From the NCBI RefSeq assembly GCF_018977255.1, contig NW_024704742.1, forward strand, positions 15,130,001 through 15,194,000: DNA of 64,000 bases. Direction: 5' to 3'. The notes below the pieces were generated by a model that did not search any database, was not told where the DNA came from, and saw only the letters and a list, made by a program, of their open reading frames with translations. Of the stretch, positions 27,732-39,545 are shown one piece after another. How positions within the stretch are numbered: position 1 is the stretch's first letter; each line of letters starts with the position of its first letter. Both the position numbers and the translations under genes were made by a program. Source of the DNA: Callorhinchus milii (taxonomy: Eukaryota).

Positions 27732-27809
27732 ATTGATATTGAGATCTCTGACATTGCCAGTGAGATCTCTGACATTGACGTTGGGATCTCTGACGTTGAC
27801 GTTGACATT
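27727..27809. repeat. Minisatellite, 21-bp unit x ~4 (ctgacattgatattgagatct)
   Basis: Directly visible tandem copies; produces the QCQRS-repeat ORF 27451-27822. Confidence 0.9.
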
Positions 27810-27888
27810 TCAACAGCTGCAATTATAAATTCTTGAATTTGGTAGTAGTTTCCCTTTGTCTTGGCTGACCTTTTTACCTTTGGAATAT

Positions 27889-28030
27889 AACAACAACAAC
27901 AACAAAATTACATTTATAGAGTGCCTTTCACGTCATGAGGACATTCCAAGGCTCTGGACAGAACCCGAGCATGGGGGAGGGGTGGGGTAAGGGTGAAGGA
28001 AGGCAGAGAGATGGGAGTGCGACGGAAGGC
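27889..28030 (-). mobile_element. L2-clade LINE 3' end with complex 5' junction
   Basis: (caa)n tail, gcctttcacgtcatgaggacattccaagg stem-loop; followed by fold-back and templated segment. Confidence 0.85.
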
Positions 28031-29242
28031 CCTCCCATCTCTGCCTTCCTTCACCCTTTCACATTTATCCAACAAAAGATCATGAAGGCAATTTTACGAA
28101 TTGAATAAACACAAGACATTTTGGTTGAAGAAATGTATGTGCTAATATCATATGCTCTTACAATCCTCATGATCTTTTCATTCCTCTGAGGATAATGTGT
28201 ACCCTTCTGACTCCAGCTTCTTTGGTTTCCTTCATCACTGAAGAACGCGCCATTGAACTTCCATTGCAGGTGTCATCACCAGCCACCATTATCAACATTA
28301 ACTCTAAAAGGACAGATCAATTACATCCAGTTTCCACAGCTCACTTCATGATAATTCTTCACTATCAACGCTAAAAACGTCCTAAATAGTCACTTCATAA
28401 TAATTTCTAAGCCGAAATGTTTCTCTCACCAGTTGCTGCAGGATCTCTGAACTGTTTAAGACTTCAATCAACAGATGCTAGGGGCTTTCATAATGAATGC
28501 TTCAGAATCTCAGATTGATGGTTTCCCACAAATGATGATCAAACATTCACTGAAAAACCATGAAGCTTCTTCAGGATGATGCTCAACCACATATGCAAAG
28601 CATTTCTGCCCACACTCTGGGGTTGACAATATGTTCCTATAGAACAGAAGCAAAGCAAAGCTTGGTTCCACATATTTATAGTCAGGAAAAATCATTCACT
28701 TTTATTAGATTCTAAATGTTAAGACTTTGGTTATCACATCTGAGCAGCCAATAATATGAAAAAGATAAAGCTGAGACAATTATTTGCAAAAGAAAAGATT
28801 ACAAGAGAAAAGAAAAGAGGAAAAACATCTTATCTGTGTCCTAAATTCAACAGTACTGAGAGCTACTAGCTACTAGCTAAATTCCTGAAATGCATACAAA
28901 AGCATGAAGAAAAAAATACCTTGAAACAGGACTTTGAGGATATCATCTGGCATCAGACGTAGTCCTGGGCAGAAGGAGATGGCAAAGATGGCGTAGATGC
29001 TATCAGTATGTGTGTCTCGTTGCAGAGAGATTCCATTAATAGAGATAGTAAAATTGCCTTCATGATCTTTTGTTGGATAAATGTGAAGCTGGAGTGTTAG
29101 ATGAAACAATGATAACAATGCCATTGCCTTACTGTTTAGAGATTTTGTAAGTGTTTGCCTCTCTGCCTTCACTAACTGACCTGAATGGTAATATTTATCC
29201 AATAGCTATTGTGTAATTCAAATCATGATCTTACATTGAAAT

Positions 29243-30671
29243 TCATAAGAATATAAGAAATAGGATCAGGAGTAGGCCATTTGGCCCCTCGAGCCTGCCC
29301 CGCCATTTAATAAGATCTTCTAACCTAATTCCATTTACCTGCCCTATCCCCATATCCCTTAATCCCTTTAGTTTTTAAAAATCTATCGATCTCAGTCTTG
29401 AATATAATAATAATAATAATAATAATCCTTGCATTTGATATAGCGCTTTTCACGTCGGGAGGACGTCCCAAAGCGCTTCACAGAACACACTGTAAAGTGA
29501 ATTGACTGTATATTTGTGGGTGAACGCGGCAGCCAATTGCGCACAGCAATGTCCCACAAACAGTCGTAGATTGAAAATGACCAATTTATTATTGTTTTGG
29601 GTTTTTGGAGGGATTATTATTAGGCGTGTGGAGTAAGGAAACTTGCCCAAGGTTTCGCCCTGACCTGCCTGGAAATGAACTCAGGTCTCTCGCTCTGCAA
29701 AGCGAGTGCTCTATCACTGAGCTACAGGACTCCACATGCGAATATGTTCAATGACTGAGCATCCACAGCCTGTGGGGTAGAGAATTCCACAGGTTCACTA
29801 CCCTCTGAGTAAAGAAATGTTTTCTCAACTCAGTTCTAAAATGCTGACCTCTCAATCCTGAGAATATGGCCCCTAGTTTTAGATTCTCCAACCAGGAGAA
29901 ACAGTCTCACACTATCTACCCTGTCAAAACCCTTAAGAATCTTATAGGTTTCTGTAAGATCACCTCTAATTATTCTATAGTCTAGAGAATATAGGCCTAG
30001 TCTACTCAACTTCTCCTTGTAGGTCAACCCCCTCATCCCGGGAACCAACCTAGTGAACCTACGTTACACCCCCTCTAAGGTGAGTATGTCCTTTCTTAGA
30101 TAAGGAGACCAAAACTGCACACAATATTCCAGGTGCGGTCTCACCAAGGCCCTATACAATTGCAGCAAGACTTCCCTACTCTTGTACTCTAACCCTTTGC
30201 AATAAACGCTAACATGCTATTAGCATTTCTAATTGCTTGCAGTACCTGCATACTAACTTTCTGTGATTGGTGTACAAGGATACCTAAATCCCTCCGAATA
30301 CTAACACTATCTAGTCTCTCTCACTCTAGAAAATAATCTGCTTTTTTTTCTACCTAGGTGAATAACTTCACACTTCCCCACATTATACTCGATCTGCCAC
30401 CTTCTTGCCAATTCACTTAACCTGTCTATATCCCTTTGCATCCTCCATGTGTCCTCCTCACAGCTTACTTTCCTACCTAGCCTTGTATTGTCCTCGAATT
30501 TAGATACATTAAGCTCTATTTCCTCATTGATGTAGACTGAAAATAGTTGAGGCCCAAGCACTGATCCTTGCGGCACTCCACTATTCACAACCTGCCAATC
30601 TGAGAAGGACCCATTTATCCCTATTCTCTGTTTTGTGCCTGTTAACCATTCTTCGATCCATGCATCCATCC
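29243..30671 (-). mobile_element. CR1-clade LINE, 5'-truncated, RT domain to 3' UTR, interrupted by a SINE
   Basis: ORF 30307-30678: VNSGVPQGSVLGPQLFSVYIN..SKFEDNTRLG (decayed FADD)..WQIEYNVGKCEVIH; ORF 29836-30048 RGDLTETYKILKG; candidate TSD aattcata at 29240-29247 and 30672-30679. Confidence 0.95.
29407..29735 (-). mobile_element. Full-length tRNA-Ala-headed SINE nested in CR1
   Basis: Head gtggagtcctgtagctcagtg (A box), B-box-like gagttcatttcc, L2-like 3' stem-loop, (TTA)n; TSD gaatat. Confidence 0.95.
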
Positions 30672-32688
30672 AATTCATATATTATCTATGGATAAACAAA
30701 GATACACTTGAATAATCCATTAAACAATTGTTTGTTTAAACTACTCCATGTACAATCTCTATAATAAATCATGTATAAATGTCAAGGGATCACATTTACT
30801 GATATTGCTTTTCAAAGGCAGTATTGAATCCCAGATTAAAATCTGTCCATACAGTTGCATGTCACAGTCAATAGTGTAGCACAGCACAATTTTACAATAC
30901 AATCTACACTTATACATTGGGAGAATGTCCCAAAGAACTTGACAGCCCTGCAGCGGAGGGAGGACAGGAGAGGGAAAGCTGACTGAACTCATAGTCAAAG
31001 AGGTAGGTTTTCACAAGTATTGGAAGCACATATCCACGATTAAAGAAGCATATGATACTATATTATTTTTAATATGGCGCCATTCTGGATGATTTAAAGA
31101 ATAAAAGAAATATGGCAGCTGCTGCCATCACACAAAGCATATCAGCAAATCGTTCTGGAAAAATAAATGACCAGCATGAGTAAAGTCAGCATTAACTTAC
31201 AACTTGTAAAATGCTTTGGGGCTGGGGGAAGGTGAGTCTGTTCTGTGCACTCTTCCATGAATTTGTCCCTGTACTCATAAAGAACACTAATGCAATTTTA
31301 AATGCCTAAAAGGTCATTATTTTACCGTATTGTAATTTTTCACTGAAATTCTAACGCTCAAATGTTAACTAGGTTGATACATATGATACTTCAGTAACCT
31401 GAAGTATGTTACACATGTATCATATGCTGACTCTCAGGTCAATTCTTCTTTGAATGTACATTGGAGTGGAGTTCTTACAACTCATGGGACATACTTCTAG
31501 TTTCCTTATCAAGGAAATCCTGCTAAAATTTGCTACATCAAATGCTTTCTTTAAACTCTCCCTGTGAACAACGTTTGGCAATTATTGAAAATCGTCTGGA
31601 AAAATTGAATGGTCTACCGAGCAAAATTCATCATAATACTTTACCAGGATTAGTGATCAGTGCAGTGATTGTAAATTGTAGGTGAAAGTGGCAGCTAATT
31701 TTGGGCACTGCAATGATCCACAAACAGCATGAAGGAATTACCAAAGGGATTGTTGGTCAGGATACCTGGAGCAATTTCCTTCTCTTTTAGAATAGTACCA
31801 TGAAATGTTGTATAAAACATTGGAGGAATCACAAAAGAATTGCATTGTAGTAGAGCTTTCAAAATAAATATGTACAAGTCAATAACTGGGAAAGTTAAAA
31901 ATAATCATTGCAGTGAGTGTGATGCCAAAAATAAAACAGTAACAGTAATATTTAGTGTTCAGAACAGTCAAACCTATTCCTTGAATTAATTTGTTTTAGT
32001 AATCTAGTAAATTGTTTTTGATATATGTCTTTGATAAAAATGCTGTAACTTTCATGCATTTGGAGGAAATGAAAGAAATAGGCTGAATTATGTACAGAGT
32101 ATGATATACAGAGATTTGATCATGATTTCTTGTAGAGAGACTGACAAAACAATAAGCTTCGGTAAAAGGTTTTGAATGTACTGTAACGCACTCTGTGTCT
32201 GGAGGGAGTTTTAAAATACAAAATATGCAGCAAAATCTATATCATTAAAACTGTTATCATTGAACTGGGTCCATTTTTTCCGTTGCCTGTAATTTTCCCT
32301 GATGAACAAGAGTCGCCTGATGCAATGAGCACTCAGATAAGGGATAGACAGTAATTATTCCAAAAAGCCACTTTTTAGAAAGATTACAGGATGTCAGTGG
32401 CAGTAGTGAAATTACATTCATGCAATTGACCAAGTCAATTTTGCCATTCTTAATTCTGTTGGCCTAATTTTTCTCCCCGCATCTTGTCTTTATTGCCATA
32501 AACCTGTATTTAAATTTCTTCCATTTGCTTCATTGTCACTTACTTGAATAGATCCAACACTGAACTCATGCTCTTATGGCCTTTGATGTTTGAAGTCCTT
32601 ATAATTAAGGGGTGTGGGTAAGTCACGTCATGAAGTTACACTGTTTCTGTCAAACAGAATTTCTTAAGTATTTTTCTCCATTAGACTC

Positions 32689-32784
32689 TTTCTACCAGAT
32701 TGACAGAAGTATACTTTTCTTTAAACAGATTAACTATGGAACTTCTGTTTAAAGAAAAGTATACGTTTGTCAATCTGATAGAAA
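32689..32784. repeat. Palindromic hairpin (41-bp arms, 14-nt loop)
   Basis: 32689-32729 versus reverse complement of 32744-32784: 3 mismatches. Confidence 0.9.
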
Positions 32785-33155
32785 TGCTATGATTGAGAAA
32801 TATAAAGAACATTATACAGTGGTTAACAGATGGATGGAGAGAAATTTCACCTGTGTCTAAATTTATTCTATTAGTGTTGCTTTTCAGAGTGTACAGAATT
32901 TGATAATTTTTTGAATACAGTCTTTAATTTTCAAAATATTTTTCTGTATGTTTCTTTTACAAGCTACAGAAAACCAGCTTCAAAGCTAAGGCTTAATTCA
33001 GATATTTGCCAAATTTTGGATGCTCTAAAATGTTATGTTAATGGAGTGACTGGATTCTGGAGTGGAGTAATGGATTCTGCCCAGGTAGAATGTTACCCCA
33101 AGAGAGTCCAAGCCACAAAGGGTCATGCTATGTAACAGCTTCAAACTAATGGTAA

Positions 33156-33322
33156 TGATCCATGCATTTGATATAGCACCTTATCGTGTTTTTGAGACGT
33201 CTCAAAGCGCTTCAAAGAATATACTGTAAAGTGAATTGACTTTATTTTTTGTGGGTGAAATATGGCAGCCAATTACACACAGCAGTGTTCCACAAACAGT
33301 CATGGATTGAGTGACCAAATCA
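33156..33322 (-). mobile_element. tRNA-Ala-headed SINE family, 5'-truncated
   Basis: tgcatttgatatagcacc..gtaaagtgaattgac..cacaaacagtcatggattga. Confidence 0.8.
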
Positions 33323-33910
33323 TTTTTTAAAAATATATTTAATAGGTTAAATGGAAGCAACAATTTTGCAATATTTCATAATGGGATTTATTAATTACAA
33401 AATCCAGAAGTTTGTGATGCAGACTCACAGGAAATCTCCAACTCGATCTATTTTTGGAACCATTTTCCTTGGAGTCAACAGGACATGCATGACGTGCATA
33501 ACCCACTTCTAGTTAGTGGAAGGAGGCACCACTCACATGTTTTGTTCCCAGTCTTCTGCAAATTTATGCTTCCTGTCTTTGAAGATATTGTGATAATAAC
33601 AAACTGGTTTCTGCACCATTGTACTTATCTGTCACTATCCATTATACTGGAAATGAGCTTTGTCATGACAACACAAATTAATTCACTGTTGTTTTGAAAC
33701 ATACAAATACTGCATCTGCAAAACAACGATGAGAGCTTGAGCTTGATTTAGAAGGATTTGATCCTTGCCCCAGTCTAACTGTTCTAAGTGCAGTTCATTT
33801 GCTGAAAATCACGAGTGTTTCTCCCTCCTGAACTGTGTCCTCAAAATTTCACTGTGGCAAACTGAAAAACTGCTGCCATTACATATTTGTTGTTCAACAT
33901 GTTTTTTATA

Positions 33911-34420
33911 ATAATAAAAATAATAATCCTTACATTTGATCTACCACTTTTCACATCCGAAAGACGGCTTAACAGCAAACAACAGCTACAACAAGATTAC
34001 ATTTGTATAGCCCCTTTTACGTCGGGAGGACATCCCAAGGCGCTGGACAGTGTACCGCATTTCAGACCCAAGCTGGGGTTAGGGGGGAGAAGAGAGGGGA
34101 GGGGAAGGGGGGTGCCCGATGGCATGGTCGAAAAGGAGGGTCTCGAGGCGGGACTTGAAGGAGGCTAAGGAGGGGCTGAGTGATTGGAGGATGGAATTCC
34201 AGAGGTTGGGGCCAGAGTGGCTGAAGGCTCCCCCGCATTGGTTTTTACTATAAAGTGCAATGGACTGTGTATTTTGTAATTAAAATGCAACAGCTAATTT
34301 ACACACAGCAATGTCTCACAACCACCCAAGGAGTGAATAAATAATTTTATTTAGGCGATTGTTGGCCAGGATATCTATTTGAATATTGTCATGGGATCTT
34401 TAACATTACCTTGAACAGAT
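33911..34420 (-). mobile_element. Older Deu-domain SINE interrupted by L2 3' end (33972-34237, minus)
   Basis: SINE tail 33911-33970, L2 tail and 3' UTR, SINE body resumes near 34240 up to catgggatctttaacat. Confidence 0.75.
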
Positions 34421-34456
34421 TTTATTAACTAATTCAGTAAAACTGTGTGAGCGTCA

Positions 34457-34678
34457 CAAACAACAAATTACATTTGTACAGAGCCTTTCACATTGAAAGA
34501 ATGTCCCAAGGTGCTGGACATTCAGGGAATTGGACTCGAGCAGTGGGTTGGGATCAGGGAGGGTGGAGGGCAGGGAAGGTAGGAGCGTGGCTGAAGGCAC
34601 GGATGAAGAGAAGAGTCTTGAGATGGGCCTTGAAGGAGGCAAGGGATGGGGCGAGGTGAAGGGACTGTGGGATGGGCC
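34457..34678 (-). mobile_element. L2-clade LINE 3' end
   Basis: caaacaacaaattacatttgtacagagcctttcac..gtcttgagatgggccttgaagg. Confidence 0.8.
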
Positions 34679-35384
34679 TCAAGTGAGGTTTGATAGTTTC
34701 AATCTAATTCCCAATAGATCTTGGTATAAAACTAAACTGAAATTTGGCAAAATGAACACAGCATCAATATTATGTTCAAAGAGGGCACAATAACAAATAT
34801 GACAGGAACTGGTGCAACAAAAAAACATCAGCTGGGTCTGAAAGAAATCCCCTGTTCGCTGTGTCTTCCATTGAGCAAATTATATTGTTTGCTTTAAGAA
34901 TATTTTCCTTTTGTCAATTAACGTTGAGTTTTCAATGGATTTGATGTACATGTTATGTTTCCTTCTTGGTTTTGCTCCAATGTTTGCAATTCCATCTGTT
35001 GCAGTTACCCATTATGAATACAGTAATGCAGTACATGTAACAATCAGGATATGTAATATCTATCTGGGATCTACAATCAATTTTCCATTCCAAAGGACAA
35101 AGCAAATCCCTGGAACAATGATTCTCATTGAATCTGTTGGGAACATAAGGATGCTACATATGCACAAATGTACTAAAGTGTTGGTTGCATGACTGATTCC
35201 TTAAATGAATGGAATTTAAAAACGTGCTCCAGTATTAACAGTGTGTTCACTAGAAAAAGTGCCTCAGAACAAAATGCGCCATGAAAACAACAAAAAAGTA
35301 AAGGGAACCAATGGGAAGAAATTCTACTTGGGTCTAGATTTACTCTCTATAATATTGACCCACAATATCTCCATGACCTTCGAA

Positions 35385-35727
35385 AACCCTACAACCCGCC
35401 CACTCCCTCCCCTCGATATGCACCGGTCTGCTTCACATCCCACGCTCTGCCTGCCCCACCATCGGCAGTTGGCCCAGGCTTTCAGCCTTTTTTCTCTACT
35501 CTCCGGAACTCCATCCCAGAGTCCCTTCACCTCACCCTTCCTTCACTCCCTTCAAGGTCTGTCTCAAGACCTTCTTCTTTGATCACGTCTTTGGTCATTT
35601 CCTCACTTCTACCCTCCTTGACCCCTCCTGAATCCAAACCCCAGCTCACGTGCAAATCCTTGATTGACCAGCACCTTGGGTCATTCTCCTGATATGAAAG
35701 ATGCTATATAAGTATAATTTGTTGTTG
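35385..35727 (+). mobile_element. L2-clade LINE 3' fragment, diverged
   Basis: gctttcagcc..ggaactccatccc..ttcaagg..ctcaagaccttcttctttga; gttgttg tail. Confidence 0.8.
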
Positions 35728-35869
35728 TAGACCCCATGCAGAGACTCTTTTTGGAATATGAATGAGTGACAATGTTTAGTGAGGACAGGAAGCGGCTCAG
35801 TTGTGATGATTCCCTGAACTGAACACTTTGCCAAAGCTCATTGTTAAAGTGTACACATGAACAACAACT

Positions 35870-36255
35870 TAGTTGGTTACTCTCTCACTGCTGAGTCTTG
35901 AATCAGAAGGATGTGGGTTCAAGCCTCACATCGTAATGTTATGTTCATATTCCAGGTTGAAATCTATTGCAATGCTGATGGAACACTGCATTGTCAGGAG
36001 TGGTATCCTTTGGATGAAACGTTAAACCAAGGTTTACGCGGATGTTAAAGATCACCTGGCATTATTCAAAAAGAGAAGGGAATTTCTCTTGGTGTTCCAG
36101 TCAATAATCTTCCAGTTAAAATGGGTCATGACTTCACAAAGTAATTGTTGCATTTTCTACAAATATGTAGTCACTATATAGTAAATCCTGTGAGGTGCTT
36201 TGAAGCATTTTGATGATTTAACAAGGCACTATATCAAATGCAATATTATTATTAT
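35870..36255 (+). mobile_element. Older Deu-domain SINE, near full length
   Basis: aatcagaaggatgtgggttcaagcc head, cgttaaaccaagg..gatgttaaagatc..ggcattattc, tail atcaaatgcaatattattatt. Confidence 0.78.
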
Positions 36256-36809
36256 TACTAATATCATAAAATCTCACCAGACACGGGACTGGTATTGAGG
36301 TCGTGGATTGAATGTAGGGTTTTATACATGTCTTTGATCAACTTGAGTTTTACAAAGTTAAAATTGTTGGGGGAAAAATATTTGACATGAAAGAAAGAAA
36401 ACAAGCCTTTGGAGGCTGCTATAGAAATAGGGGAGATGTGAGAATTTCAGTTAAGGTCAGAGAAGATTGTGAGACCCAGAATGTCAACAGGATTAAGAGT
36501 GGGGCCATCAAAGGTAAAAGGTGGCAGCTGTTAGTTATACTTCCAAGACACAGGAAGAGATTGTGACCTATTTATCTTGAAGTGCTAACGCCAGCAGCAG
36601 TGCTGAAAGGTAAATGAAATGGCCAGAGGAGCTAAAACCCATCTTGAGAATTGTTTTGCCTGTGTATCCAGGAGCAATATAAACGCTGTATTCCACTGTA
36701 ATCAATTGTGCAGAAAACTATTATTTTCTGTTCAGATCTTACCCAAACATCTTAGAAGATCCAATGGGTCAAAATAAAAGTTTCAAATGATCTTTGAAAC
36801 ATCTGCCCA

Positions 36810-36910
36810 TGGAGTCCTGTAGCTCACTGGTTACAGCCAGTGTGTAGCACACTGAGATGTCTCGAAGATGTGATAAGGCGCTACGTCAAATGCAAGGATT
36901 ATTATTTATT
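36810..36910 (+). mobile_element. Internally deleted mini-SINE (tRNA-Ala SINE head fused to tail)
   Basis: tggagtcctgtagctcactggtta joined via cagtgtgtagcacactg to gagatgtctcgaagatgtgataaggcgctacgtcaaatgcaaggattattatt. Confidence 0.8.
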
Positions 36911-37939
36911 GTAAGTTTCCACATGCCCATAGGTGTTGTTGCTGCTGTGCAATCCAACCCCTCAGTAGACAAATTCTACACCAACAGCAAATCTAGTTCA
37001 AATGGCTGTACCATATCAAATGTGTTATGAGTCACAGCCCATAGTGAAACCGCCCAAATGTCCCTTGAGCAGAAGATGTCTAATGTTATTTCCGTTTGTT
37101 CAACACCAGCTGTGGAAAATAATAAAAGGGTTGGGTGTGAACGCTCAAACAAAATGTACTTTGGAATGAAAAAGATTGAAACTTGTAATACTTGGAATTT
37201 AAATTCACAAACGCACCAGAGAAGGATGAATATTACTACTAGACAGCCAGGATTTAGTTGTATATGCCCCTCCAATTCTGGTAGGGATTAAATAACCTGT
37301 ATATTCCCACTTCAACTTCAGAATTCCACTCAGTTCTCATCCCTAGTTAGAGTTTGATGTTCTACTCTTACAGTTTTCCCTGGAATTCTTGTAGAGTATA
37401 AAGAAACAAAAAATGTTCTTGAACTCAAAAAATGCTGAAACTGTAATACATCCTTCAATTGAAAAATGGACTAAAACACTACTAACAGTACCATTTCTGA
37501 TTTGAGAAATTAGGCAAAAAGATCAAAGTGACCACAACAGAAGACTTGCCCCTGAAAAGGGCAAGTCAAACCCAACCTGTTTGTTCATACTCAAACAATA
37601 CATTCATTTGTAGAGAAAAGCACCAAAATTAACCATTTAAACTTCAAACAGCTTGTTATGCATAATGGTAGACATTCAAAAATGCAGATGTTTAAATAAT
37701 ATAAGGTGAAAGGGATGGATCTTTGGAGTAAAATAAACTATGTTTTATACACAGGCTTATAATGCCATTAAAGAAGAATGATGCATTATAATGTAACTAC
37801 AATGATTTGGGTTAAGGCTGATCACGCTAAGTTATCCGAAGTAGCAAAACTCTGCATGGTGCAGGATGACTATTCTCGGAAGGTTTAGATTTCTACCTGG
37901 AGTGAAATTCCTTTACCCACATGATGTTAAAAAATCCCA

Positions 37940-38050
37940 GTAAACTCAGTTGATTGACCACCTTAATTGGGACCAGAAGATTTGGGGTTTGATTCCTTGT
38001 CTAACCACTAAGCTCTACACCCTTTGAGGTCAATAAAATGAGTACCGTAT
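37940..38050 (+). mobile_element. Possible ancient tRNA-SINE fragment (gaggtcaataaaatgagtacc core)
   Basis: Degenerate A/B boxes (ctcagttg, ggtttgattcc) followed by a core I recall from Sauria-SINE/AmnSINE2-type SINEs; single copy here. Confidence 0.35.
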
Positions 38051-38894
38051 CTAATTATATCCTCCTGGAAAAGCCAAGCAAATCTACAGTAGCCCGATAC
38101 AGGTGTAGACATGACCTCAATACTACAAACTGAAGTCGTAGCACATAATTGGATTACTATCCAATTATAAAGTACTGATCAGTTGTATGGCTACCATTCC
38201 ATTTTCAGGTGTATGGCTTAAAATTATGTGTACACTGACTGACTACACTGAGTGAGATTCAAAAACGCAACAGAAAGAGGTCAAATAAAAGGAACGTAAG
38301 CTGGTCTGTAAAATCTTTATCGATTCCTTTCATAATCATCATCCCAGATGTGTGCCAAATCTTAACATTAAAGGAGTTGAGGTTTTCAATGCTTTGAAGA
38401 TGTAATTCAAAAGTACTAATGGTGGGGGAGTGGGTGGGAGAGAATGTGCCATGTGCTAATATAACCTGTGATAAAATTACATGCTGTATTTTTCTCTCTG
38501 ATGTATTAAGCATATGATAGTGAATCAGTCAATATCTCTACACTCTTAAATTAATTGTTAAATTATAAATCCCAGTCATTATATTAATTCAATTCAGACT
38601 TTTCTGTACTCAGACTGTGCAGCTTGCATTCTGCACTGTGTCAAGTGGTGCCATCGAACACTTTGACACCAGATTGATTTCCTGCATGTTCAGAAATGTC
38701 CGAGTGAAGTCAATCGTAACATAACTAACCCGCAGTGTTTTGGCAGGTAACATCTCCAAATCTGCCACATGCTTATGTCATTGGTTTGTAACTGCTCGCA
38801 GGCACTATACACTACCCTGTAGTTTTATCTGGAGCAGCTCCAGCTCAAAGTAAGCGGTCTACAAAAGTCCATTTTGGCATTTTGTTCACTTTAC

Positions 38895-39545
38895 AAGCCT
38901 GGCTCAGTCAATAGCACTCTCAACAATAACAACAACAACAACAACAACAACAGCGTCTCAGAGTGCTTAACAATGGTGGAGCCTGCCTCTGAGCCGGGTG
39001 GGGGGGTGTGGGGGGGGGGGGGGGGGGTGGGATGGGGGTGGGGTGGGGTGGGATGTGACCATAAGCACAGTCGATATGGAAGGTTTTCAGGCTGGTCTTG
39101 AAAAAAGGGAGAGGGGACAAGTATTGAGGGAGAGTGTTCCAGAGCTTCGGGGCATAGTGGCTGAAGAGTGGCTCTCATCTGTGAATCAAAAGGTTGTGGG
39201 CCCAAGCCCTAGTTTGAGTTTGTAGTCTAGGCTGATACTCCAATATGCTCCATTATGGTTGTTGTAGATGCCATTCTTTGCATTAGACATTAAAGTGAGG
39301 TCCCTGTTCAGGTGAATGTTGAAGAATCGTAGCACAATTCGAAAACAAAAAGGAGTTTCTCTTGATATCTTGGCCAACAATCATTTATTTCATAGCTGTT
39401 TGTAGGACAAAGCTATGGTCAAATTGACTTCTAGGTTCACCATGAAAGTACACATTTGTTCAAGTTTATAGTAAATATGGGGAAATTGCTTTGAGATGTC
39501 CTCTTGATGTGAAAGATGCTTATATCAAATTCAAGGATTTTTATT
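38895..39545 (+). mobile_element. Older Deu-domain SINE whose tRNA-like head is split by an L2 3' end (38921-39170, minus)
   Basis: agcctggctcagtcaatagcactctca / L2 / ctctcatctgtgaatcaaaaggttgtggg; TSD ctctca. Confidence 0.8.
38996..39053 (+). repeat. G-rich tract inside L2 3' UTR
   Basis: Seven or more runs of at least 3 G including one long poly-G. Confidence 0.9.

Noticed and set aside
27727..27809. CRISPR-like array
   Set aside because: Head-to-tail tandem units without unique spacers, eukaryotic context, no cas genes
28725..28736. Short matches to mature miRNAs (ctttggttatc miR-9-like; also 27849 miR-204-like and 37100 miR-138-like)
   Set aside because: Only about 11 nt each and no precursor hairpin
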